A DNA stretch of 53,311 nt from Terracidiphilus sp. (GTDB lineage: Bacteria; Acidobacteriota; Terriglobia; Terriglobales; Acidobacteriaceae): positions 1 to 53,311 of the forward strand of contig JBEKDX010000001.1 of the NCBI GenBank assembly GCA_050014135.1. The letters are read 5' to 3'. Of the stretch, positions 1-10,483 are shown piece after piece. A model generated the notes under the pieces. That model saw only the letters and a list, made by a program, of their open reading frames with translations. It ran no database searches and was not told the DNA's origin. A program made the translations under genes and the position numbers. How positions within the stretch are numbered: position 1 is the stretch's first letter; each line of letters opens with the position of its first letter.

Positions 1-253
1 CCGTGGCCGTTGTCAGCCGGTTGAGGGTGTCGTAGGTGAAGGTCCAGGTTCCCATGATCGGCCCGTTGGCGCTGTTGTCAGTATAAGTGAGCAGGTTGCC
101 GACGGGGTCGTAGGCGGGGACGTAGCCGAAAGAGCCGGAGGGATGCGCGGACTGCGATGCTAGGTTCACTCTGTGTGCCTGGTTGATGGAATAATAGTAC
201 GCGGTCTGCGCCAGGCAGCAGCCGATAGTTTTGAATTCATGCAGGTTTTGGCT
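1..253 (-). CDS. RHS/YD-repeat protein fragment, running off the left edge; start uncertain, possibly a degenerate or orphan module
   Basis: Minus-strand frame open from 253 to the edge: ...GYVPAYDPVGNLLTYTDNSANGPIMGTWTFTYDTLNRLTTAT, with two YDxxGN/YDxLNRL YD motifs. In-frame TAG at 254-256 upstream. Not in the ORF track. Confidence 0.7.
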
Positions 254-525
254 CTATTCGTCGCATTTGGCGAGCGCAGCGGAACCCGACCGCCGGGCAT
301 TGCGTATCCTTTTCAGTGCAACTCCCCGTTGTGATGCCGCGACCGGAGCGGGAAGGCTTTCTGTGGCCTTTGCGGCCTGAGGGCGTCGTAATGCGTCCAT
401 AAGAATACCGAAGATTGGTACTCTGAGAAGAACGGGCAAGGCAAGGGCGGCCCAGGTCTGTCGCGTATTTGCGGCGGATGTGGGAGACAAGCCCAAACCC
501 TGCTGCGGAACCAGAAAGTGGAACC

Positions 526-1749
526 ATGCTATTCAGTGAGGCCTTCAAACTCGCGTTGCAGTCCTTGTGGGCCAACAAGATGCGCACCGTGCTGACGTTG
601 ATTGGCATGGTCATGTCAGTCGCCTCGATCATCATGGTGGTCACGCTGGTCAACGGCGCGAACCACTATGTCGCCACCAAGTTCGTCAGCCACGGCGCGG
701 ATGTATTTACCGTTCAGAGAATGGGCCTGATCTTCTCCGGTGAAGATTATTTCCGCTTTCAGAAGCGCAAAATACTCCACATGGACGACTTGGAAGCCAT
801 CCGCGCCAACTGCACCGAATGCGGCGAGGTGGGCGGGCGGCTCAGCCGCTCAGTCAGCGTAACGGCCAATGGGCACTCCAGCTCTGAGACCGAGATGCGC
901 GGCTATACCTGGACCATGGTCTCTCTGGAGAACGTCGGCATCTCGCAAGGCCGCGGCTTCACCCTCGGCGACGACGAGCACGGTACGCGCAACGTGATCG
1001 TGGGCTATGACATCGTGGATAACGTGCTGGGCGAAGGCGACCCCATTGGCAAGGAGGTCCGCGTCGAGGGAATCCCCTACACGGTGGTCGGAGTGGGCGA
1101 CCGCCAGGGCAAGACACTGGGATTTTCACAGGATAACTGGGTGGCCGTGCCGATCTCCGCCTATCAGCAGACTTACGGCTATAACGATTCGGTGGACATC
1201 TATGCCCGCTCCGGCGGAGATGCAGCGGCGATGACTCGAGCGATGGACGAGGTACGTGTGTTGATGCGCGCCCGCCGCCACGTCGCCGCCGGGGCAACCG
1301 ACGACTTCGAGATCGAAACCAACGACACCCTTCTCGACATCTACAAGCAGCTAAGCTCGATCTTCTTTGGCGTGGTCATCGGCCTCTCCTCCATCTCGCT
1401 GGTGGTGGGCGGCATCGTCATCATGAATATCATGCTGGTCTCGGTGACCGAGCGCACTCGCGAGATCGGCGTGCGCAAGGCGCTGGGCGCGCGCCAGTGG
1501 GACGTGCTTCTGCAGTTTCTTATCGAGAGCGCCGCGATGGCCTTGCTGGGCGGAGCCATCGGCGTTTTGATTGGCATCGGCGTAGGCAAGTTGATCACCC
1601 TGGTGATTGGCTTCCCCACCAATGCGCCACTTTGGGTGATCTTCCTCGGACTGTTCCTGGCTCTGGTCACAGGTGTCTTTTTCGGCGTCTACCCCGCCAG
1701 CAAAGCCGCCAAGCTGGATCCGGTGGTGGCGCTCCGGGCGGAGCTGTAA
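526..1749 (+). CDS. ABC transporter permease, MacB/FtsX family
   Basis: N-terminal ANKMRTVLTLIGM, periplasmic domain, C-terminal MNIMLVSVTERTREIGVRKALGA...PASKAAKLDPVVALRAE. Start moved to ATG 526. Confidence 0.93.
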   Translation: MLFSEAFKLALQSLWANKMRTVLTLIGMVMSVASIIMVVTLVNGANHYVATKFVSHGADVFTVQRMGLIFSGEDYFRFQKRKILHMDDLEAIRANCTECGEVGGRLSRSVSVTANGHSSSETEMRGYTWTMVSLENVGISQGRGFTLGDDEHGTRNVIVGYDIVDNVLGEGDPIGKEVRVEGIPYTVVGVGDRQGKTLGFSQDNWVAVPISAYQQTYGYNDSVDIYARSGGDAAAMTRAMDEVRVLMRARRHVAAGATDDFEIETNDTLLDIYKQLSSIFFGVVIGLSSISLVVGGIVIMNIMLVSVTERTREIGVRKALGARQWDVLLQFLIESAAMALLGGAIGVLIGIGVGKLITLVIGFPTNAPLWVIFLGLFLALVTGVFFGVYPASKAAKLDPVVALRAEL

Positions 1750-1753
1750 GGGC

Positions 1754-1890
1754 AGCTTCTAGCTACTAGCTGTTAGCTGCTAGCTATTTCACTTGCCGGG
1801 GAAGTGTATGGGGCCGCGGTTATTGAGGCAGGAATGGCCGTATCACCAATGGCTTTTAGCTAGAAGCTAGAAGCTAGTAGCTAGGAGCTA
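1754..1890. repeat. Inverted arrays of 7-bp AGCT-containing tandem repeats (long hairpin)
   Basis: Left arm agcttct agctact agctgtt agctgct agctatt (1754-1788); right arm agctaga agctaga agctagt agctagg agcta (1858-1890) is its approximate reverse complement. Confidence 0.85.
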
Positions 1891-1895
1891 TTTTT

Positions 1896-3151
<1,256 letters not shown>

Positions 3152-3152
<1 letters not shown>

Positions 3153-3295
3153 CAGCCGTCAGCTATCAGCTTTCAACTGTCAGTACGGGTTCGTTGGTTA
3201 GGAGTTGGCTGCATCTTATATCGAATTCGCTTGACAACGTGTGAGAAGTTCCAAGTTTCCTCGCTGACAAGTGTTAGCCGATAGCTGAAAGCTGT
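3152..3295. repeat. Second inverted heptamer-repeat hairpin
   Basis: acagccgtcagctatcagctttcaactgtcag (3152-3183) is the imperfect reverse complement of ctgacaagtgttagccgatagctgaaagctgt (3264-3295). Confidence 0.75.
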
Positions 3296-3307
3296 ATTCT
3301 TACCCCT

Positions 3308-4567
3308 GTGACCTCGCATCTTCTCGCTCAATCCGTCGCGCTTCTCACCACGATTGTTGCCGTAGCCGGGATAGGCTATTATCTGGTCGCGATCATTGCG
3401 GCGCGTATCTTTTTGGCAGCCCGTCGCGCGCTGTTACCACCGTTTGCCCCCGGCGTCAGCATCCTCAAATCCCTCAAAGGCCTCGATCCAGGCATGATCG
3501 ACGCCTTCCGCAGCCACTGCCGCCAGTCTTACACGGGCGAATTCGAACTGCTCTTCGGCGTCTCATCGCTCGGCGACCCCGCCTCGGCGGCCGTTGAGCA
3601 ATTGAAATGCGAGTTTCCCGGCTTGCCTATCCGCCTCATCGAGTGCCCCCTGCGCCTGGGAACCAACGGCAAGGTCAGCACCCTCGCGCAGCTCCTTCCC
3701 CATGCCCGCCACGATTTTCTGCTCATCAACGACTCCGACATCACGGTCAGCTCGCGCTATTTGGAGCGGGTGATGGGGTGCTTTGGCGCGGAAGAGATTC
3801 CTTTCGAGGCCAAAGCCCCCAAGGATTCAGCTGGCTTTGCGCGGGGGATAAATCCCCCACCTCCCTCCGTCGCGAATTCACCTGCCCAAAAAATTGGTCT
3901 GGTGACCGCGCTCTATCGCGGCCGCGCCCACGGCACGCTGCCCTCGCGCCTGGAGGCGCTGGGCCTGGCCACTGACTTTCAGGCCAGCGTGCTGCTCTCC
4001 AAATGGATCGAAGGCGGCCTTCACTACGGTCTCGGCTCCACGCTCGCCGTCAGCCGGGAAGCTCTCGACAAAATTGGCGGTCTGGAAGTTTTGGTCGATC
4101 ACCTCGCCGACGACTACGAATTGGGCGCGCGGATCGACGCCGCCGGTTACCGCGTCTCGCTCAGCGCCGAAGTCGTCGAGACCAGCATTCCACCCTACGG
4201 TTGGCGCGCCTTCTTCGATCACCAGGTGCGCTGGAGCCGCACTGTCCGCGACGCCCGCCCCTGGGGCTACACGGGCCTGATCTTCACCCACGGGCTGGCC
4301 TGGGCGCTGCTCAATGTCGTCGCCAGCGGAGTCAGCCCGCTAAGCCTGTGGTTGCTGGGGTTGAGCTTCTTTTTGCGCCTGGAGGTGGCCATGACGGTGG
4401 GCGTCGCGGTTCTCGACGACCATCATGTTCTGCTCGACCTCTGGCTGCTTCCGCTGCGCGACCTGATCGCGATGGGTCTCTGGATCGCCGGATTTGCCGG
4501 CAACGCAATCGTCTGGCGCGGCGAGCGCTTCGTTCTCAAGAACGGCAAGCTGCACCAAGCCGATTAA
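3308..4567 (+). CDS. hpnI: Hopanoid-associated glycosyltransferase HpnI (ceramide glucosyltransferase-like)
   Basis: VSILKSLKGLD, GTNGKVSTL, INDSDI, HLADDYELG, HQVRWSRT, terminal IVWRGERF. Carries an internal insert near 3791-3885. Confidence 0.85.
   Translation: MTSHLLAQSVALLTTIVAVAGIGYYLVAIIAARIFLAARRALLPPFAPGVSILKSLKGLDPGMIDAFRSHCRQSYTGEFELLFGVSSLGDPASAAVEQLKCEFPGLPIRLIECPLRLGTNGKVSTLAQLLPHARHDFLLINDSDITVSSRYLERVMGCFGAEEIPFEAKAPKDSAGFARGINPPPPSVANSPAQKIGLVTALYRGRAHGTLPSRLEALGLATDFQASVLLSKWIEGGLHYGLGSTLAVSREALDKIGGLEVLVDHLADDYELGARIDAAGYRVSLSAEVVETSIPPYGWRAFFDHQVRWSRTVRDARPWGYTGLIFTHGLAWALLNVVASGVSPLSLWLLGLSFFLRLEVAMTVGVAVLDDHHVLLDLWLLPLRDLIAMGLWIAGFAGNAIVWRGERFVLKNGKLHQAD
3791..3885. mobile_element. 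REP/MITE-like palindromic element (family A) inserted in frame in hpnI
   Basis: gagattcctttcgaggccaaagcccc...gggggataaatcccccacctccctccg aligns by eye with the 5306-5400 element; hairpin ggggg-ataaat-ccccc at 3843-3858. Confidence 0.7.
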
Positions 4568-4631
4568 GAGATACGGCGAAAGAACAGTTCAGCGAAAGGA
4601 CAGGGTTTGCCATCTGATTTTGCAATAAAAA

Positions 4632-6053
4632 TCACTTTGACTTTGCGCCGGTCTTGCCCGAGCGTTTCAAATCGTTCCAATCTTTCTCTGTCTGGTCGGC
4701 ATAGGCCGCGCCGAATTTCGCCAGAGCTTCGGCGAAGCCGTCGCCGGAGCCGATGTAGCCTGCCAGAATCAGCGGATCACCGGAGCGGGCGTGGCCGCGA
4801 GCGAGCAGCTCGCCGCAGACTTCGGCGTAAGCGACCAGGCCTCCACCGGATAAGTCCTCTAACTCAATCGAGCCTTTGTGATCGTTGAGTTGACGGACGA
4901 GATAGTCGCGTCCGCCAAAGTTGGTCCAGCCGAGGAAGGGATCGGACTGGACTTGCATCGCCTTCTGGCCCTCGGCGACGCGCTGGCCGTTGTGGTGGGG
5001 CGATTGCGCGTCGGGTAGATAGGGCGCATACCCCGACGCGGGCTCTTCTTTTATTTGCAGAAACAGCGGATCGGCGGGGCCGTTGCCCTCGAAGTATATG
5101 CAGTAGTCGCGCAGGCCCACCGAGCCGGTACCGACGACCTTGAAGGCCACATCGACAGGGCGATAGAGCGAGAGCAGATGCTGGCGCTGCGGCTCGAGCA
5201 TCTGCCGATAAGGCCCGAGGGCGGCGAGGACGGCCGCTGCCTGACGGCCGGTAACGCGGGTGAGCGTGGGCTTGATCTCTTTGAAGCGGCGGGGTGGATT
5301 CGGCAAAGAAGATTCCTCAGGGGCTAAAGCCCGCTTCGATTTTGCCGGTATTTTGTACGGGCTAAAGCCTGTACCCTTCACCGAACTGACTTTTTTAGAA
5401 TAATTAATGGATGAGACAGGCTCGGTGAGTTGTTCGAGGGTGTGCGTTGCCGTGGAGCGCTCGGCCTTGAGCAGGGCATCGTGGACGGGCGTGGCCTGGT
5501 CCATGCGGTGCACCTGATAGTGGCCGACTTCGAGCAAAGGCATCTTGGCGAAGGCGCTGATCTGGGCCGAGTAGCGAATGACGAAATGCTCGACGGTTTC
5601 GCGTAGCGCAGATTCCTTGTGGCCAGAGGCACGGCCGGCCAGCACCAGCGATGCGGCCATGCGCTTGAGGTCCCACTCGAAGGGACCGCGAATGGTCTCG
5701 TCAAAGTCGTTGATGTCGAAGACCAGGCGACCGTCGGGCGCGGCAAATGCGCCCAGGTTGCGCACGTGGGCGTCGCCGCAGAGTTGGGTTGCGATGCCGG
5801 TGGAGGGCAGCACGGAGAGGTCGGCGGCCATCACCGGCACCGCGCCGCGGAAGTAGCCGAAGGGCGACTCGGCCATCAGTTTGTACTTGAGCGCAATGAG
5901 CGCGGGAACACGGCCGTGCATGGAGCGGGCGAGCAGTTCGGCGGCGGGAGTATGGCGCGCCTTGGGTTTCAATTCACTGTGTTGCTGGCGGCCGACCTGC
6001 TTGCGCCGGGCTTGGCCAAGGTTGCGTCGTTCTTTGGGAGTTGTCCAGTGCAT
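4632..6053 (-). CDS. DUF2252 family protein
   Basis: SPFGYFRGA, QLCGDAHVRNLG, FDINDFDET-GPFEWDLKR, FKVVGTGSVG, LQIKEE, LARGHARSGD. Start moved to ATG 6053 (MHWTTPKERR). Confidence 0.88.
   Translation of the reverse strand: MHWTTPKERRNLGQARRKQVGRQQHSELKPKARHTPAAELLARSMHGRVPALIALKYKLMAESPFGYFRGAVPVMAADLSVLPSTGIATQLCGDAHVRNLGAFAAPDGRLVFDINDFDETIRGPFEWDLKRMAASLVLAGRASGHKESALRETVEHFVIRYSAQISAFAKMPLLEVGHYQVHRMDQATPVHDALLKAERSTATHTLEQLTEPVSSINYSKKVSSVKGTGFSPYKIPAKSKRALAPEESSLPNPPRRFKEIKPTLTRVTGRQAAAVLAALGPYRQMLEPQRQHLLSLYRPVDVAFKVVGTGSVGLRDYCIYFEGNGPADPLFLQIKEEPASGYAPYLPDAQSPHHNGQRVAEGQKAMQVQSDPFLGWTNFGGRDYLVRQLNDHKGSIELEDLSGGGLVAYAEVCGELLARGHARSGDPLILAGYIGSGDGFAEALAKFGAAYADQTEKDWNDLKRSGKTGAKSK
5306..5400. 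mobile_element. REP/MITE-like palindromic element (family A) inserted in frame in the DUF2252 gene
   Basis: GGGCTAAAGCCC (5321-5332) and gtacgggctaaagcctgtac (5355-5374); translated as KVSSVKGTGFSPYKIPAKSKRALAPEESS. Confidence 0.78.
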
Positions 6054-6093
6054 GACCCGGAAGATACACCCACAGCCCGCGCGGCAGCAAGCC

Positions 6094-7242
6094 TCATGTA
6101 ATGAACATACAATCGCCGTAACTGAAAAAGCGGTAGTTTTGCTGGACGGCGTGGCTGTAAGCGGCCAGCACCGGCTCGCGTCCGGCAAAGGCTGAAACCA
6201 GCATCAGCAAGCTCGATTGGGGCAGGTGGAAGTTGGTGAGCAGCGCGGAGACGAGACGGAATTGGAAGCCGGGGGAGATGAAAATCTCCGTCTCGCCGGA
6301 GTGGGCTTGCAGAGGGCAACCATTCGCTTGCAGAGCGCAGTGTTCCAGAGTGCGCACGACCGTGGTGCCGACGGCGACGATGCGGCGAGCACTGCGTGCG
6401 GCAGCGCTGATGGAGTGTGCCGCCGAAGAAGAAAGCGAGTAACGCTCGCGATGCAAGCGGACTTCATCGACTCGCTCGACACGCAGCGGAGCAAAGGTGC
6501 CGAGGCCGACGTGCAGCGTGAGGCGCGTGACTTCAATGCCGCGGCCGGCGAGCGCGGAGAGGATTTGCGGCGTGAAGTGCAGCCCGGCGGTGGGCGCTGC
6601 GACGGAACCACGCTCGCGAGAAAAGACCGTCTGGTAGCGCTCGCGGTCGGCGGCGGCATCAGTATTCGGATTTGGGCGGCGAATGTAGGGCGGCAAAGGG
6701 ACATGGCCGATGCGGTCGAGGACGGCATAGAAATCATCGACCGGTTTGAAGCGCAACAGACGTTCGCCGAACTGGCCGCGTTCGATAACTTCGGCTTCGA
6801 GTTCGATGGCGCCGGTGGGAGAGGGGAAGGCGAGAATCTCGCCAATGGCGACTTTGCGTCCGGGGCGGACGAGGGCGCGCCAGAGATTTTCGCCGGCTTC
6901 CTGCTCGACTGGCTCGGTGAGCATCACTTCGATGCAGCCGGTTGGTTTTTCGCGTTGTCGGCGCAGGGTTCGGTGCGCATAGAGGCGCGCGGGAATCACG
7001 CGGCTTTCGTTGAGCACCAGCAGGTCGCCGGGATTCAGCAGCGAGGGGAGCTCGGCAAAGCTCGCGTCGCGCAAAGAGCCGCTGGCGCGATTCATCACCA
7101 ACATCCGGCTCAGTCCGCGCGTGGCGGGCGGCTGTTGCGCAATCAGCTCCGGGGGCAGGGCAAAATCGAAGTCTGCTACGCGGTCGAAGTCGGCGACGCG
7201 CAGAGCGCTCCGTGCCTCGTCTCTTTCAGGCAAGCCGCTCAT
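6094..7242 (-). CDS. queA: S-adenosylmethionine:tRNA ribosyltransferase-isomerase
   Basis: [71 protein letters not shown]. Confidence 0.97.
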   Translation of the reverse strand: MSGLPERDEARSALRVADFDRVADFDFALPPELIAQQPPATRGLSRMLVMNRASGSLRDASFAELPSLLNPGDLLVLNESRVIPARLYAHRTLRRQREKPTGCIEVMLTEPVEQEAGENLWRALVRPGRKVAIGEILAFPSPTGAIELEAEVIERGQFGERLLRFKPVDDFYAVLDRIGHVPLPPYIRRPNPNTDAAADRERYQTVFSRERGSVAAPTAGLHFTPQILSALAGRGIEVTRLTLHVGLGTFAPLRVERVDEVRLHRERYSLSSSAAHSISAAARSARRIVAVGTTVVRTLEHCALQANGCPLQAHSGETEIFISPGFQFRLVSALLTNFHLPQSSLLMLVSAFAGREPVLAAYSHAVQQNYRFFSYGDCMFIT

Positions 7243-7934
7243 GGGCGCGCCTTCTTGAAGTAGATGTAGGATCGCAGGCGAGCACGTTCGATGGCATCGT
7301 TCAGCTCCGCTCTCTTGCTTTCAAAATTCTCCTGCGGCAGATCGGCGGGCACACGCGTTGCTCGCGCCCAACTGACACAGATGCGCGTGAAGGGCTTGGG
7401 GATGAGGAAACGATCCCAGGCGGGCATGACCCAGGCGTGCTGGGGTTCGAGGTGAAAGGCGCCGATGGGCGCGCCGGTGAGCTGCGCGAGTTTGATTGGT
7501 CCCATCTTGGTTTGGTAGATGGGTCCGCGCGGGCCGTCGGCGGTAAAGATCGCGGTGTGGCCGGTTTCGATGATACGCGCTAAGCCGAGCAGGCCTTCGC
7601 GCGCGCCGCGACTGCTCGAACCGCGTACAGCGTCAAAGCCGAAGAGCATGAGGATGCGCGTGATCAGCTCGCCGTCGAAGCTCTGGCTGATCAAGATCAC
7701 GGCGCGGGAGTGGCGGAAGTAAACGGTGCAGGGCAGCACGCACTGATGCCAGAAGCAGAAGATTTCCGGCGGGGATTTCACTCCGGAAGGAACAGGCGTG
7801 ACGCCTTCTTCGTGAATGACTTCAAAGCTCCAGGTGCGGCTGACGATCCAGAGCAGGGCCCAGACGACGCGGGGGACGACAGCAAGAATGCCGCGCTGGA
7901 CGAGAGTGAATCGGGGCTTGTCGGCGGAGGTCAC
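7239..7934 (-). CDS. DUF374 / lysophospholipid acyltransferase-like protein
   Basis: [41 protein letters not shown]. 4-nt overlap with queA. Confidence 0.88.
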   Translation of the reverse strand: MTSADKPRFTLVQRGILAVVPRVVWALLWIVSRTWSFEVIHEEGVTPVPSGVKSPPEIFCFWHQCVLPCTVYFRHSRAVILISQSFDGELITRILMLFGFDAVRGSSSRGAREGLLGLARIIETGHTAIFTADGPRGPIYQTKMGPIKLAQLTGAPIGAFHLEPQHAWVMPAWDRFLIPKPFTRICVSWARATRVPADLPQENFESKRAELNDAIERARLRSYIYFKKARP

Positions 7935-7945
7935 TGTTTCGATAT

Positions 7946-7975
7946 TAGCAAGTCAGCGAGTCAGCAAGTCAGCGG
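7946..7975. repeat. Short 8-mer tandem repeat (AGTCAGCR); related copy near 45375-45393
   Basis: tagcaagtcagcgagtcagcaagtcagcg here, and agcgagtcagcgagtcagc upstream of dut. Confidence 0.6.
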
Positions 7976-7987
7976 ACCGGCAGGTGG

Positions 7988-9235
7988 TCAGCTATAGCGC
8001 ATCCAGCGTATCATCTCCGGCACTGTAGCGCGCTTGCCGTACATCAGAATGCCGACGCGATAGAGGCGCGAGGAGAACCACAGCATCGCCCAAACGCTCA
8101 GCATCAGAAGGACGACCGAAGTGGCAATCTGCCAGAGCGGCACCGGCCCCAAACCCAGGCGCGGCAGCATGATGTATGCCGAGGTGAGAGGGCAAATGGA
8201 TGCGGCAATGGACAAGGTGGAGTTGGGGTCCTTGAGCAGCACCGGTAGAAGGCCCATGCTGAGATAAAGAGGAACGATTGCCAGCGCCATAAACTTCTGC
8301 AGGTCTTGCGCCGTCTCGCAGGTGGCGGCCAGGCCGGAAAACATTGTGCTGAAGAGAGCAAAACCCAGCACGAAATAAACGGGGAAGAGCAGGCCCTCCA
8401 TCAAGGAAAAATGGATGGCGAGATTGCCAGTGAGCGCGGCCGCAGCCAGGGACGATCCCATAAACAGGGTGGCCGCAATCATCCAGATGGCGATCTGGGT
8501 CATGGCCACGCCTCCCACGCCGAGCAGTTTTCCGGTGAGCAGTTCGTCGGGGCGGGCAATGGCCAGCATGACCTCGAAGATGCGCGAAGTCTTCTCTTCG
8601 ATGATGGCGCGGGCCATATCCAGGCCGTAAAGCATGATGGGCATGGCGAGCAGCATCAGGAGCATTATCAGCTTGAAGAAGGGCGCTGCTCCTTTGCTCT
8701 TTCCTGTTGTGCCGTTCTTTTCCAACTGAAGGTTATCAATCGAGACCGACTCAAGCGCGGCATCGGCATCGGCCTGCTTTACTCCCTGGGCGAGCAGGCG
8801 CTGGCTGGTCACGGCGTGGTTCAATGCGTTCGTCATCCGCCAATTGCCGGCAAAATCGCCGGAGGAGAGCGAGGTGTAGGTCGCGGTCGCCACTCCGGCA
8901 GCGGACTCATCAATGGCCAGCACGCCGTCGATGGCCTTGCTCTGGACCTGATTCTGAAGAGAGTCGCGCTCGGACGGGGTTGCCGGAGCAACCACATCGA
9001 CAATGAACTTGGCGTCCTTGTCTGCGAGCATCTCGCGGCTGATCGCGTTTGCCAACGGTGCGCTGTTGGAGGCAATGGCGATATGCTTGCCCGTGCCCGC
9101 GTGGTGCTCGTTCATTGATCTCCAGACCATCATCTCAACGATTAACAGCTGCACCATGACTGTTGATATCTTGAAGGCACGTCCGCGAATCTGTTCCAGA
9201 AACTCACGTTTGGCAATGATAAGGATGTTACGCAT
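7988..9235 (-). CDS. ABC-2 type permease, NatB-like
   Basis: MRNILIIAKREF; IIEEKTSRIFEVML; LLTGKLLG; RLYRVGILMYGK. Start moved to ATG 9235. Confidence 0.9.
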   Translation of the reverse strand: MRNILIIAKREFLEQIRGRAFKISTVMVQLLIVEMMVWRSMNEHHAGTGKHIAIASNSAPLANAISREMLADKDAKFIVDVVAPATPSERDSLQNQVQSKAIDGVLAIDESAAGVATATYTSLSSGDFAGNWRMTNALNHAVTSQRLLAQGVKQADADAALESVSIDNLQLEKNGTTGKSKGAAPFFKLIMLLMLLAMPIMLYGLDMARAIIEEKTSRIFEVMLAIARPDELLTGKLLGVGGVAMTQIAIWMIAATLFMGSSLAAAALTGNLAIHFSLMEGLLFPVYFVLGFALFSTMFSGLAATCETAQDLQKFMALAIVPLYLSMGLLPVLLKDPNSTLSIAASICPLTSAYIMLPRLGLGPVPLWQIATSVVLLMLSVWAMLWFSSRLYRVGILMYGKRATVPEMIRWMRYS

Positions 9236-10130
9236 CGGTTTTGTCTCCCACGGTCTCAATGAAAATCTCTTCGAGAGACGGCTCGACTAGCTCGAAGCGG
9301 TAGATAGTCGCCATGGCGGCAGCTTCGTGCAACAGCTTCTGCGCGTTGCCGTGCGGCTTAAGAGTGATTTCGGCGTGGCCGGAGAAGTTTTTCGCCTCGG
9401 CGATCTCGGCGCTGTTCAGAAAAGCCGGGTTTCCCTCGAACTCGACGATCACGTGGTTGCGTTCGTAACGGGATTTGATCTCGCGGAGATTGCCGGAGAG
9501 CACGGCCTTGCCGTTGTCAATCAGGCAGATCGAGTCGCAGAGCTTCTCGACCTGATCCATGCGATGGGTGGAGAACAGGATTGCGTTGCCCTTTGCCTTG
9601 AGGTCGAACAGGGTTTGCTCCACCAGCACGGCATTGACCGGATCAAGCCCGCTGAAGGGCTCGTCCATCACAATCAGTCCAGGCTCGTGCATCAGGGTGG
9701 AGATGAACTGAATCTTTTGCTGCATTCCCTTGGAGAGCTCTTCGGTTTTTTTCTCGAGTGCGCCGGCAATCTCCATGCGCCGAGCCCAGTCGTTGGCGCG
9801 CTTCTGCGCCTCGTCGGCGTGCAGCCCGTGCAGGCAGCCGAAGAAGACGAGCTGGTCGACGACCTTCATCTTCTTGTATAGGCCGCGCTCCTCGGGCAGG
9901 TAGCCGACCTGCTCGAGGCTTTTGCGCTCGAAGGGCTTACCGAAGAGGCGGATGCTGCCTGAATCGGGAAGGGTGATGCCCATCATCATGCGAATGGAGC
10001 TGGTTTTGCCGGCTCCGTTCGGGCCCAGCAGTCCGAACATCTGGCCTGCCTCAATGGATAAACTCAGGTCGCTGACGGCAACCTTGTTCTCGTAGGCCTT
10101 GGTCACTCCCGCGAGTTCGACAACTGGCAT
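9228..10130 (-). CDS. ABC transporter ATP-binding protein, NatA-like
   Basis: Walker A GPNGAGKT, signature LSKGMQQK, Walker B IVMDEPFSGLDP, C-terminal EPSLEEIF. Confidence 0.95.
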   Translation of the reverse strand: MPVVELAGVTKAYENKVAVSDLSLSIEAGQMFGLLGPNGAGKTSSIRMMMGITLPDSGSIRLFGKPFERKSLEQVGYLPEERGLYKKMKVVDQLVFFGCLHGLHADEAQKRANDWARRMEIAGALEKKTEELSKGMQQKIQFISTLMHEPGLIVMDEPFSGLDPVNAVLVEQTLFDLKAKGNAILFSTHRMDQVEKLCDSICLIDNGKAVLSGNLREIKSRYERNHVIVEFEGNPAFLNSAEIAEAKNFSGHAEITLKPHGNAQKLLHEAAAMATIYRFELVEPSLEEIFIETVGDKTDA

Positions 10131-10483
10131 GGACTCTCCCGCTGTAAATGTGCAGTCTGGTTACAGGCAGACTGTGGCGTCGGCCCTTGTTGCAGTGTAG
10201 CAAAGCCCGCAACGACCTTGGTGCTGATACGCAGTCTGGAGCAAGAGAGTTCATTGCGGCTCAAATCCATCGGCATTGGATGGATTGGCTGCGTATTTTT
10301 CTGCGTGACCGGCCCGATACCTGCCAGCCCATTACCTTGGGCAGAACGGAGCAGGGTGAAGTGCGTCGAAACGAAACGGAAAGTGTAACCCGATGGGCGG
10401 CAGATTAGAGGGACCAAAGAGTGCCTCTTTTGACACTATTCGACACTATCGGCTGCTGGGGGAAGATGGTAACCTTGTTGGCG

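Noticed and set aside
254-496. 80-aa ORF in frame with the RHS fragment across one TAG (possible readthrough)
   Set aside because: The upstream peptide has no RHS-like features and overlaps the likely promoter region of the ABC gene; nothing supports recoding.
6217-7263. 348-aa plus-strand ORF
   Set aside because: Antisense shadow of queA, common in GC-rich DNA; no motifs.
10148-10417. Short ORFs and hairpins in the divergent gap (riboswitch considered)
   Set aside because: No recognisable protein motif or riboswitch consensus; only small stems.
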